A stretch of 60,821 nt of DNA from a virus: positions 1 to 60,821 of IMG/VR virus record IMGVR_UViG_3300007643_000017; one strand, given 5' to 3'. A model generated the notes under the pieces. It searched no databases, was not told the origin of the DNA, and saw nothing but the letters and a program-made list of their open reading frames with translations. The position numbers were made by a program, and so were the translations under genes. This document shows, piece by piece, positions 16,771 to 24,356 of this stretch. Positions within the stretch are counted from its first letter, which is position 1, and each line of letters begins with the position of its first letter.

Positions 16771-16925
16771 TTTGAAAAGCCAAAAGCCGAATCGCATATC
16801 GAAAATCGATTCACGATCCGGCTTTCCGTGGGGGACCACGCTCTCCTGACGGCGGAGAAGCTACATTAACCAATTAACGATTGCAATAGGCAAATGGTGA
16901 TATTTCTAATGAGCATTTGGTGGTG

Positions 16926-17016
16926 GCTCCGAGGCGGCGGCACTTGCAAACCGCAGGCCTCGGAGCGGGTAGACGATGGAATGCCCCGGCAGCGCCCCGC
17001 TGCCTACATCGTCTAC
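16926..17016 (-). terminator. Two tandem GC-rich hairpins at the 3' end of gene 17013-17507
   Basis: gctccgaggc (16926-35) pairs with gcctcggagc (16957-66). gtagacgatg (16969-78) pairs with catcgtctac (17007-16) and encloses ggcagcg-ccc-cgctgcc. No U-run follows. Confidence 0.4.
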
Positions 17017-17507
17017 AGGTCGAACTCTGGTGACAGGCGGTCCAGTGGGAGGTCCTTCACGTCGTCTCTGAGTTCCGACACCAAGGATCGTGTGGCCTTT
17101 TGTTGCTCCACGATCTGTTCTTGAAGTTCGTCGAATTTCCGCAAACTGTCAACCAGCCTCTTGGAATATGGTAAAAGCATTCCGGCCATCGTCCGCATGT
17201 ACTCCGGCGAGTTCTCGTAGAATTTGCTGCGGTTCTTCGACAATCGGATGTAGAACATCCTGTGCATGGCATTCAGAGATGGGGCTTGTGCGATGACCCG
17301 GCAGTGGTTCCAGTCGCCGCCAGCGCCGTTTCCGTCGAACAGGATAGCCCGCTCGCCAAGCATCGGAGTGACCTCTTTGAGGAAGCGTTCGATCTTGGCC
17401 TGCATTGCACCCTCTGACTTGGTCTTATCCAGCATCGGGGAGTACCAACCACCGGTCAGCTTGTCCATCTTGTAGGGAAGGCCCTTGTGGTATCGCCAGT
17501 CTGACAT
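17013..17507 (-). CDS. Hypothetical protein (164 aa)
   Basis: SD ggagatcgacgATG. No family recognised. Confidence 0.55.
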   Translation of the reverse strand: MSDWRYHKGLPYKMDKLTGGWYSPMLDKTKSEGAMQAKIERFLKEVTPMLGERAILFDGNGAGGDWNHCRVIAQAPSLNAMHRMFYIRLSKNRSKFYENSPEYMRTMAGMLLPYSKRLVDSLRKFDELQEQIVEQQKATRSLVSELRDDVKDLPLDRLSPEFDL

Positions 17508-17555
17508 CGTCGATCTCCGTTCTTGTCTTTCGTCGGCCTGTCAGGCGTCTGCACT

Positions 17556-17616
17556 TGAGTCCCAACTAGGTCCGCAAAGTAGCCTGCGCATGAGTCCCAA
17601 CTAGGGGCGCAAAGTA
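17556..17616. repeat. Direct repeat A: TGAGTCCCAACTAGGnnCGCAAAGTA x2 (17556-17581, 17591-17616)
   Basis: Read directly: 24/26 identical, 35-bp period, upstream of the 17507 gene start. Confidence 0.8.
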
Positions 17617-17627
17617 AGGTTGGGGCA

Positions 17628-17680
17628 TCGACGTATGTATAGAACCAGACATCGACACGGTTCGACGTATGTATAGAACC
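17628..17680. repeat. Direct repeat B: TCGACGTATGTATAGAACC x2 (17628-17646, 17662-17680)
   Basis: Read directly: exact 19-mers with a 34-bp period. Confidence 0.8.
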
Positions 17681-17720
17681 TGACGGCCACGCGGGGCAAG
17701 CTGATTGACTCAGTAACCCT

Positions 17721-17742
17721 AACATACCGTTAATGGTATGTT
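17721..17742. promoter_or_regulatory. Inverted repeat AACATACC-N6-GGTATGTT, with a third half-site GGTATGTT at 17766-17773
   Basis: Read directly. Confidence 0.5.
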
Positions 17743-17807
17743 GCGCCCTGTAATATCCCTTAAAAGGTATGTTGTGGAGTCCGCACTTGGCGCGGCAATC
17801 CAGACAT

Positions 17808-17830
17808 GAAAAAGCCCGCACGGGGCGGGC
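17808..17830 (-). terminator. Rho-independent terminator for gene 17938-18210
   Basis: On the minus strand, gcccgc-loop-gcgggc (17814-17830) is followed by UUUUU (plus-strand A-run 17809-17813). Confidence 0.65.
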
Positions 17831-17888
17831 CAGTTCTAACAAGTTTATGCGGTAAACCGTATAACTCGATTTTATGCGCTATATCAGA

Positions 17889-17966
17889 TATTCGACCGGC
17901 AAGCTCCCGTTCGGGTGCATTTCGACCGGCGTGGGGCCTATTCGACCGGCAAGCTCCCGTTCGGGT
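17889..17966. repeat. Direct repeat C: 28-nt TATTCGACCGGCAAGCTCCCGTTCGGGT x2 (17889-17916, 17939-17966), plus a partial copy at 17919-17931
   Basis: Read directly. Copy 2 is the 3' end and stop codon of gene 17938-18210 (..DPNGSLPVE*). Copy 1 duplicates it downstream. Confidence 0.85.
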
Positions 17967-18210
17967 CGATCCACCACAAGTCAGGAATTGCCGGGGCACC
18001 GCCGATGACGTTGCAGCGGCCTTTGGCCATCAGGAAAACGCCAAAGCCGCGCTGGTCAATGATGTAGGATTGCGCGGACGGTTTGCGATCATTGACCATT
18101 TGCTTGCAGACGGGCAACGGCACGGCACCGACGCCGGGGGAGTGGTCAACGCAATCGGACGGGGCGAGGGCATGGCACAAGGCCACAACGGGAATTGCTA
18201 GGGTTGTCAT
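17938..18210 (-). CDS. Small secreted protein (90 aa)
   Basis: Strong SD (aaaggagtcccaaATG). The N-terminus MTTLAIPVVALCHALAPSDC is signal-peptide-like. It has its own terminator. Confidence 0.65.
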   Translation of the reverse strand: MTTLAIPVVALCHALAPSDCVDHSPGVGAVPLPVCKQMVNDRKPSAQSYIIDQRGFGVFLMAKGRCNVIGGAPAIPDLWWIDPNGSLPVE

Positions 18211-18345
18211 TTGGGACTCCTTTGACTGTTGGGGCGGTCATTCCGCACCCATGTGACTGCCACGGCAGGCAACGTGGAGTCCAGTTGTGTTGCACGAAAC
18301 GGTTAATTTGTAACGCAAGCCCGTTTGTGCTGCACACGTGCAACG

Positions 18346-18371
18346 CAAAAACCCCGGCACGATGGCCGGGG
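18346..18371 (-). terminator. Rho-independent terminator ending the small-gene cluster
   Basis: ccccggc (18352-58) pairs with gccgggg (18365-71). On the minus strand it is followed by UUUUU (plus-strand A-run 18347-51). Confidence 0.7.
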
Positions 18372-18400
18372 CTTTCAATTGGTCGGGGTCTGGCTTTCAA

Positions 18401-18595
18401 TCAGACGCGGGCAGGGCGGGCAAGTGCTACGATGATAGCAGCAACGGCCAACATGGCCAGCGAACTAACACCCCGGTAGTAGATCAAGACGCCAGCGGCA
18501 ACGGGTATCAGACAAAGCAGGATTCGGACAAGGTAGACTTGCACAATGTAGCTTGCTTGTTCCGCGTCGGTTAGATCGTCGGACGGAAGACTCAC
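18401..18595 (-). CDS. Small two-TM membrane protein (64 aa), GTG start
   Basis: The GTG overlaps the upstream stop (GTGA). Hydrophobic segments: IVQVYLVRILLCLIPVAAGVLIY and LAMLAVAAIIVAL. Confidence 0.5.
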   Translation of the reverse strand: MSLPSDDLTDAEQASYIVQVYLVRILLCLIPVAAGVLIYYRGVSSLAMLAVAAIIVALARPARV

Positions 18596-19215
18596 GTGCT
18601 GGCCCGCCTTCCATCCATATGAAATTCGTATTCGTTGGCCTCGATAGACTCCGCAATCGCGTCATCAGAATTGAGGTGGTCCCACTCTTTCTCAAGCTGG
18701 TCATAATACCACTTCGCGAGTCGGCGCAAAACCTCTTGCAGCATTTCCATTGCGAGCCCGGAGTCATCGTCTGACATGGATTCGTCACGGTTGCCGCGCC
18801 ACACGTCGTTAACGTACATCGTGCATTCATGCACATAGTTCCCGCCATATGGCCGGGTGATTTCCGCGCCACACGGGCCGTCGAGTGCCAGTGTCAGCGC
18901 TTCAAATGATTCAAAGATTTCATGCAAGCGCTTGTCTTGTGGTGCGTGGGCCTTAATCTCTTTGAGTGCATCGCCGCGCCCGTAATATGTGCCGGTAAAA
19001 CTTGCGCCGTCGCCTTGGCAACAGAAACCACTAAACGAAATGTCAGTGATTTCGTGCATGCCTGCCATGGCTAGAATCGTGGTGAAATCTGCTTTGACAA
19101 AGTCCCACCAATCGTAATGGAAGCCGCCTTCCCGATACCAATCACGGGCGCGGGCTTTGGCTTTGTCTGATAGTTCGCGGTATTCGAAAACGGTTGTTTC
19201 GTAGGTGCGGGGCAT
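18592..19215 (-). CDS. Conserved-looking hypothetical protein (207 aa)
   Basis: ELSDKAKARARDWY...ISFSGFCCQGDGASFTG. I recall this motif style from phage/plasmid accessory proteins but cannot name the family. Confidence 0.55.
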   Translation of the reverse strand: MPRTYETTVFEYRELSDKAKARARDWYREGGFHYDWWDFVKADFTTILAMAGMHEITDISFSGFCCQGDGASFTGTYYGRGDALKEIKAHAPQDKRLHEIFESFEALTLALDGPCGAEITRPYGGNYVHECTMYVNDVWRGNRDESMSDDDSGLAMEMLQEVLRRLAKWYYDQLEKEWDHLNSDDAIAESIEANEYEFHMDGRRAST

Positions 19216-19281
19216 TGGTCTAATTCCTGTTGTGTGGGTTGTGCGAATAGGCGGGCGCGTATGGCCCGCGTTGAGATGGAG

Positions 19282-19722
19282 TCAGCCATGGGCAACCATG
19301 ATTGTTGCCTTGCGAATTTTCGCTTTGCGGGCGATGGCCTCAAGGGCAACGCGCATCGCGGAGTCCCCACATCCGCCGAAATGTGCGGCGAACGTAAAGC
19401 CCGCATCGTTCAACGCGGCTTCCATTGCTGCGGACTCCTTGTGGTAGCCATAGCCGCCCGCTTTGGCGCTGCCGGATAGGTACGGCATGCCCTTGTCTTC
19501 CCGGCCATCGTGAACCCAAACACAGCAATAGACCACGCTGCCCGAGCCATAAAACCGAATATCAATGAACTTGTGAATCTCCCGTTTGTCATTCAATCCG
19601 ACAAGCGCCCACTCTTTGTAAAAGTGGTCTTCTTTGCGGTGATTGGTGTTGATTCCTTTCGGCGTGGACTCCGCGATCTTGGTAACGCGATTCCAGTCAT
19701 AGCCGTTTGCTTTTTTGGTCAT
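19282..19722 (-). CDS. Hypothetical protein (146 aa)
   Basis: ORF containing GGYGYHKESAAMEAALNDAG. No family recognised. Confidence 0.55.
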   Translation of the reverse strand: MTKKANGYDWNRVTKIAESTPKGINTNHRKEDHFYKEWALVGLNDKREIHKFIDIRFYGSGSVVYCCVWVHDGREDKGMPYLSGSAKAGGYGYHKESAAMEAALNDAGFTFAAHFGGCGDSAMRVALEAIARKAKIRKATIMVAHG

Positions 19723-19809
19723 CTGTTAGGCTTTCGTGTTGTGCAGGCTTTAGCTTGTCCTGCTTTTGTTGGTACAGTGCCACCATAGCGGCAAGGTGTT
19801 AAAATTGTG

Positions 19810-20274
19810 TTAGCCGATTCCGATTTCGTTGGTTGCCGTGATGTAGAAATTCACGTCGGAACGTCCGGCCTTGTCGGTGAACATTTCGCCATAGGGGTCT
19901 GGCCAGTCGCCATCCCAAAAGCCCGCGCCGTGGCCTTGGCTAGTCAACCACAAATCGTGACCGGCCATGCCCCAGATTGTCGAGCCTTCCAGCTTACCCT
20001 TATATTCGTATTCCGGTTTGTCCGGGTCTGCTATGGCCGCAAGGTAGCACCACACGTCACAGAAAAAGACGTGGGCAATAGACTCCAGCATTTCCAGCGC
20101 TTCCGGTTCTAGGGCGTCCGGGGCGTATTCGTCATCAAGGTTTATCGTCTCCCAATCGTCGGGGTTTTCGGAGTCGGTTTCGCCCTTCTCAACAGTCGAT
20201 GACCAGAACGCGCAATGCAAATACGCTTGCAGGAAATCTTGAAATTCGGGGCTCTCTTTTGGTTTCGGCAACAT
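19810..20274 (-). CDS. Hypothetical acidic protein (154 aa)
   Basis: Start MLPKPKESPEF at 20274 overlaps the upstream stop (TAATG). The longer ORF-track N-terminus is rejected. Confidence 0.55.
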   Translation of the reverse strand: MLPKPKESPEFQDFLQAYLHCAFWSSTVEKGETDSENPDDWETINLDDEYAPDALEPEALEMLESIAHVFFCDVWCYLAAIADPDKPEYEYKGKLEGSTIWGMAGHDLWLTSQGHGAGFWDGDWPDPYGEMFTDKAGRSDVNFYITATNEIGIG

Positions 20275-20621
20275 TATTCGTAGTCTCCCATTATCAGGTT
20301 GCGCAAAATGTCCGGCGCGGTGTCGGCATGTTCTGCAATGAAATCGCGATAGCCTTCGCGGACGCGGCCAATCACATGATTTTTGAGTGTATCCGGCAAA
20401 GATGACCAATCCGTTAACGTGTCTTCAAATTCGTCATTGTAGCTGCCGTCGCCCCATTGGGAGAAGCCCCGGCCAGTTGAACACGTGCCCAAATATGAGC
20501 CATCGTGAAACCAAAACGTCATGCAATCGAAAGTTTCGGAATCCGTGTCGGTGTTGTCGGTGACATTCCAGAGCATGGACTCGACCATGTCCGGGGTGAT
20601 GATTGTTGCAAGATCGTGCAT
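20274..20621 (-). CDS. Hypothetical acidic protein (115 aa)
   Basis: Start MHDLATI at 20621 overlaps the upstream stop (TAATG). Confidence 0.55.
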   Translation of the reverse strand: MHDLATIITPDMVESMLWNVTDNTDTDSETFDCMTFWFHDGSYLGTCSTGRGFSQWGDGSYNDEFEDTLTDWSSLPDTLKNHVIGRVREGYRDFIAEHADTAPDILRNLIMGDYE

Positions 20622-20890
20622 TAGAAGTCGCCTTTGTTTGGAACGCATGCCGCATCGACAACGTTAACGGTTTCTTTTGTGTCATAGGTTTTCACCACCA
20701 TGCGGGCACGTGCCCAAATCGCTTGCATGGCGCGAACGCATGAGGCCGAGTCGTTGAACTCAATTGCGATCATGACGGTTTGCCAGCGCGGGCCGTTTTC
20801 GTAAATTTCCAGCCGGTAGGGGGCGTTGCCAGCGGTTGCGGTGGTTGTGGTTGCGATCAATATCGCAAGGGCTGCAAGTGCGGTTCTCAT
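20621..20890 (-). CDS. Small secreted protein (89 aa)
   Basis: MRTALAALAILIATTTTATAG is signal-peptide-like. Confidence 0.55.
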   Translation of the reverse strand: MRTALAALAILIATTTTATAGNAPYRLEIYENGPRWQTVMIAIEFNDSASCVRAMQAIWARARMVVKTYDTKETVNVVDAACVPNKGDF

Positions 20891-20894
20891 GGTC

Positions 20895-20999
20895 TTAAAG
20901 TCCTGTTTTGGTAAGGTCGCGTGACATTTCAATCAGCGCCATTTCTTCATTGCCGTTGTTCAGTGCGAGGTAAATTGAGAGGGTTTCTTGAAAGGTCAT
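20895..20999 (-). CDS. Micro-ORF (34 aa: MTFQETLSIYLALNNGNEEMALIEMSRDLTKTGL)
   Basis: Hand translation. SD ggagacgcaaaacaATG lies inside a duplicated 18-nt leader. It fills an otherwise empty gap. Confidence 0.35.
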   Translation of the reverse strand: MTFQETLSIYLALNNGNEEMALIEMSRDLTKTGL

Positions 21000-21076
21000 T
21001 GTTTTGCGTCTCCGTTGTTTCGATGACTGCAATATAGCAATGGCGGATTAACAAAGAGTTACCAGAATCCACTTTT

Positions 21077-21331
21077 TTAGAGTCCGCTCCCAATCATTTC
21101 CGGGGGCTTGATTTCCATCAGGTGCGAATAGTCATCGGCGAGTCGGTCGATCATGTGGGCATGCTCAATCCAGTTGCCGGGGCGCTTTCTGATAGCTTCT
21201 AATTGTTCACCAAAGGCTAGGGCGTCATCGCCTTGCATGTAGACTGACGCGGGGCCTTGCGTCACGATGTAGTGCCCCATTGAGTCTTGCCAGATTTTTG
21301 AGCGTATGCCGCCCGCAATTTCGGTTGCCAT
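21077..21331 (-). CDS. Hypothetical protein (84 aa)
   Basis: Start MATEIAGG at 21331 is preceded by aaggagtccaacta and overlaps the micro-ORF stop (TAATG). Confidence 0.55.
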   Translation of the reverse strand: MATEIAGGIRSKIWQDSMGHYIVTQGPASVYMQGDDALAFGEQLEAIRKRPGNWIEHAHMIDRLADDYSHLMEIKPPEMIGSGL

Positions 21332-21474
21332 TAGTTGGACTCCTTGCGCCATGACGGCAGACCGCCCGGAAGGTTGCGACCGGATTTGAGGTTAGCAAGC
21401 ATTGTGCGGCGCATGGTGGCTTCGCGCTGGCGTTTGATTTCGTCATTCCAGTTTTTCAGGTCTTCGCGGGTCAT
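21331..21474 (-). CDS. Micro-ORF (47 aa: MTREDLKNWNDEIKRQREATMRR...)
   Basis: Hand translation. It is preceded by the second copy of the 18-nt leader with SD ggagacg, and coupled to the next gene. Confidence 0.4.
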   Translation of the reverse strand: MTREDLKNWNDEIKRQREATMRRTMLANLKSGRNLPGGLPSWRKESN

Positions 21475-21522
21475 GTCTTTTCGTCTCCGTTGTTTCGATA
21501 GAGACACTATGACAGCCAGATA

Positions 21523-21882
21523 TTACCAAAGCCTTAACGGCTCGCACATTTCCAAAATTTCCTGATCCGGGCAAGCGAACTCGGGCAACTGGTTAACAAG
21601 GTCTGAATCGTCCAGCGCTTCGGCTAGGCAATCAACCGGAACCGTGCCGGGGCGGTTTTGCTCAATGGCTCGGAGTCCTGCCGTGCGTTCAACGTCCGGC
21701 GCTGCGGTCAACGGTGTGCCCTTGTAAAAGCGATTGCGGGTGCGAACTTGCCGGGGCTTCAATTGCCCCCGTGGCGGCTCTTGTATAGTCGGCAGGGCCA
21801 TCATAGCGGCGGGCGGCTTTGGGGGTGTCATCCCCAAATGCCGACGCCATGATTCAATTGCTGCGGTACGTTTGTCTGTCAT
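21523..21882 (-). CDS. Hypothetical protein (119 aa)
   Basis: ORF with an ATGA overlap to the upstream gene. Confidence 0.5.
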   Translation of the reverse strand: MTDKRTAAIESWRRHLGMTPPKPPAAMMALPTIQEPPRGQLKPRQVRTRNRFYKGTPLTAAPDVERTAGLRAIEQNRPGTVPVDCLAEALDDSDLVNQLPEFACPDQEILEMCEPLRLW

Positions 21883-22190
21883 TCCTCGTTTTCGCGCATC
21901 CGCTCTATTCGTTCAAGCATTGACTCGGCATTATCGAGATTTTCTTTTTCTGTGAATTGGGTTGCAGCGGCGGCAAGGGCAACCCATAGCGTGTTAACCT
22001 CACTAGCCGTCATTTCCAGCGATTGAGTCGGTTTGTTTCGCTCATGTTCCAGCATCTCAACTGCAAGGCGTATCGTCTCGCCTATGTCCAATTTCGGCAA
22101 GCTGGAATTGAGTCGGTTGTCGCCGGGTGTCTCATGTTGCGCAAGGCATGCGGCGAGCATTCCACTAGCCGGGTGTTTGAATTTATTCAT
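21879..22190 (-). CDS. Hypothetical protein (103 aa)
   Basis: ORF in the packed same-strand cluster. Confidence 0.5.
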   Translation of the reverse strand: MNKFKHPASGMLAACLAQHETPGDNRLNSSLPKLDIGETIRLAVEMLEHERNKPTQSLEMTASEVNTLWVALAAAATQFTEKENLDNAESMLERIERMRENEE

Positions 22191-22247
22191 GGTGTTCCTC
22201 TTTCAAGTAGGTGTCGATTGCGTCGGCAACGCATTGCCAGAATGCTT

Positions 22248-22562
22248 TCATTTCTTGCCCTTCCGTTCCACTTTCCAGCCAACAAATTTGGGGTGTCGGG
22301 CGATCCGGTCTGGCCAACCCTTACCCATGAATGCGCCGGTTGCCGTGTTCACCCACTTGATTTTAGTCTTGCTCTTGTTCTCATGGTAGTTTGAGCATTT
22401 GAGGTAGTACACGACTCGCGTGTCTTTCATTCCGGTTGCCCGTTCCCGGTACGTTAGACGGTGGCGCGGATTCTTGTTGCGGAACGTCACGGCGATGATT
22501 GAACCGACCGGCAAATGGTGCGGCGAGTCGAAAGACTCGGTCTTGGTGTATTCGATTTTCAT
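22248..22562 (-). CDS. Hypothetical basic protein (104 aa; alternative starts at 22577 and 22616)
   Basis: SD ggaaagagcaatcATG at 22562. Lys-rich: KSKTKIKW...KVERKGKK. Confidence 0.5.
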   Translation of the reverse strand: MKIEYTKTESFDSPHHLPVGSIIAVTFRNKNPRHRLTYRERATGMKDTRVVYYLKCSNYHENKSKTKIKWVNTATGAFMGKGWPDRIARHPKFVGWKVERKGKK

Positions 22563-22619
22563 GATTGCTCTTTCCATGAGACGCGGCCAAACGCATCGGC
22601 CTTTCGGGGTTTCCATTGT

Positions 22620-22889
22620 TCAAAGCCTGTATGTTGGCGAGCGATAGACCATTGAAACGTCGTGACGCTCAACGCCTAGCAGTTTGAAATTGTCATAGCG
22701 GCGCTCAAGGGATTCAATCTCGTTCGCTTCCGCATAGTCGGCAATGCTGCTACCGGCGACAACGTAATGAGTTTGGCCTTTGACGTGCGATGATCCTACG
22801 GTCTCGACTTCGCCAGTTCCAGCAACAGATTGGCGAATGTCCAAATCGGAGTCGTAGGTGATTGCGATAATGACGTTATTGTCAGCCAT
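22620..22889 (-). CDS. Hypothetical protein (89 aa)
   Basis: ORF in the packed cluster. Confidence 0.5.
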   Translation of the reverse strand: MADNNVIIAITYDSDLDIRQSVAGTGEVETVGSSHVKGQTHYVVAGSSIADYAEANEIESLERRYDNFKLLGVERHDVSMVYRSPTYRL

Positions 22890-22892
22890 GTG

Positions 22893-23159
22893 TTAGCCCT
22901 TTCCGGGGATTGCGATTGGATGAACTACCAAGGACTCGGGCAATTGGGCTTTCAGTTGTCCGGGCTTTCCCTGATTCGGGTATTCGCGATATGAGGTGCG
23001 AACGGTACGCGGGGCGGCTTCGTATTCCGCCCGGGTCGAATCATCGATTCCATGGATTGCGACAACGCTATACCAGCGCCCGCAATGGAAGAATTTCCAA
23101 TCGTTTTCAAAGAAGAGTCCAACAGGTGATTCGAGCAAGTCTTTTAGGGTGTGGGCCAT
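22893..23159 (-). CDS. Hypothetical protein (88 aa)
   Basis: ORF in the packed cluster. Confidence 0.5.
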   Translation of the reverse strand: MAHTLKDLLESPVGLFFENDWKFFHCGRWYSVVAIHGIDDSTRAEYEAAPRTVRTSYREYPNQGKPGQLKAQLPESLVVHPIAIPGKG

Positions 23160-23172
23160 TTGGGGCGATCCT

Positions 23173-23271
23173 TTATGCGATGACGTTCAAGCAAGCGAGA
23201 TAAGACGAAACGAGGGTTGCCGTGGTGACGGTTGCCCCGAATGTCCATGCTGTGATTGCTGTGAGAGTCAT
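23173..23271 (-). CDS. Micro-ORF encoding a hydrophobic peptide (32 aa: MTLTAITAWTFGATVTTATLVSSYLACLNVIA)
   Basis: Hand translation. SD aaggaaaaacgcaaATG. Confidence 0.35.
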   Translation of the reverse strand: MTLTAITAWTFGATVTTATLVSSYLACLNVIA

Positions 23272-23325
23272 TTGCGTTTTTCCTTTTCTATGAGGCCAAT
23301 ATAGCGAGGCCGTCTTAACAAAAGG

Positions 23326-23526
23326 TTAATCCGCAGGCAGTTGTCCGTCGTTGGTTAGCAAGTGGTTAAAGAGCGCCACGGCGGCGGCGTCATCTGGGCA
23401 GGCGTCAATAGCGGCCTCTATGGGCAGGGCACATGAGCCAAGCCATATGAAGCCTAGTGTGCCGTCTGGTCTGGTCAGTTCAAGGGAGTCAGCAGTGCGT
23501 GTGACGCTATAGCCGGGGGCTGTCAT
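23326..23526 (-). CDS. Hypothetical protein (66 aa)
   Basis: First ORF-track gene after the 1.2-kb non-coding block. Confidence 0.5.
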   Translation of the reverse strand: MTAPGYSVTRTADSLELTRPDGTLGFIWLGSCALPIEAAIDACPDDAAAVALFNHLLTNDGQLPAD

Positions 23527-23538
23527 GAGGGGGTCTTT

Positions 23539-23658
23539 CTATAGAGGAAAAGCTAGAATCAACAGGCCACCTATGGCCACCAATGCGAGGGCAAGGGCGG
23601 TATAGTGGCGAGCGTAGCTGATACGGTGGGGTGCATGTAGGGGGGGCGTCTTATCCAT
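23539..23658 (-). CDS. Possible micro-ORF, 39 aa with a C-terminal TM (MDKTPPLHAPHRISYARHYTALALALVAIGGLLILAFPL)
   Basis: Hand translation. No convincing SD. Confidence 0.25.
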   Translation of the reverse strand: MDKTPPLHAPHRISYARHYTALALALVAIGGLLILAFPL

Positions 23659-23715
23659 GGGTAGGCCATACCGTACCGGGGCGTGTGTGGCAACACATCG
23701 AATCATAGAATCGGA

Positions 23716-24027
23716 TTGGTGGTTAATGGGTGCTTATGGGTGCTGATATGGGTGAGGCATAGCCGGTCAGCCTATAGCGCATGGCTTGGCACGGTGTAGG
23801 GCAGGGGGGATTCCATAGCAATGGATTGAATCGAATCCATCTAATGCAACCGGCTGCCGTGTGGTGTGGTGGTGCGTGGGTGCGGTGGTGCGTGTGTTGT
23901 GCAGTGTGCATGCAGGCTGCTAGCAGAGTGCGTGTGTAGGACATTATTCCTACTAGGATTATCTTCCTATTGATGCGTTGTCCTGTTGTGGGTGCGTGGG
24001 TGTGTGGTGTGGTAGTGTGCGTGGGTG
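23716..24027. repeat. G+T-rich repeat block: ATGGGTG x3 (23716, 23726, 23738) and GTGCGTGGGTG x3 (23872, 23992, 24017)
   Basis: Read directly. There is strong G/T versus C/A strand asymmetry, and only a low-complexity His/Thr/Pro shadow ORF. Confidence 0.8.
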
Positions 24028-24356
24028 CTGTAGAGAGGGCGCATGGGCGGGGCCTCAGCATGTGGGCTCAACACATGGTCGCTTTGGGTCCTTCCCCCAT
24101 TTTTCGCGTGTCGGGGGGTGCGCGGAGCCCCGGACTCTCGCACTTTTGGGATTTATTTCCTATTTTTACAAAATTTTGTCGCTCTACAGGCGTCATGTAG
24201 GAACATATTCCTCATGCGGTACACAGGAATGCCCGACTGCCGGGGCAAATCCACCAGAATCGTCATATCGCGCAAATCGACCTTGAGGGTAGACCGAAAT
24301 TGGGTCAAGTCCTTGAAATTGCAGGATTTTGTGCCGTTTTCAATCCGGTCGAGAGA

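Noticed and set aside
23800-23845. tRNA-like or structured hairpins (tccat-agca-atgga; atggatt-gaatcg-aatccat)
   Set aside because: There is no cloverleaf, and no GTTCGAATC-type T-loop or acceptor/anticodon arms. I found no tRNA anywhere in the window.
23723-24061. A 112-aa minus-strand ORF rich in His/Thr/Pro (..THTTTPHTHAPTT..HTHHRTHAPPHH..)
   Set aside because: It is a translation artefact of the G+T-rich repeats. It is low-complexity, has no SD, and sits in an otherwise gene-free block.
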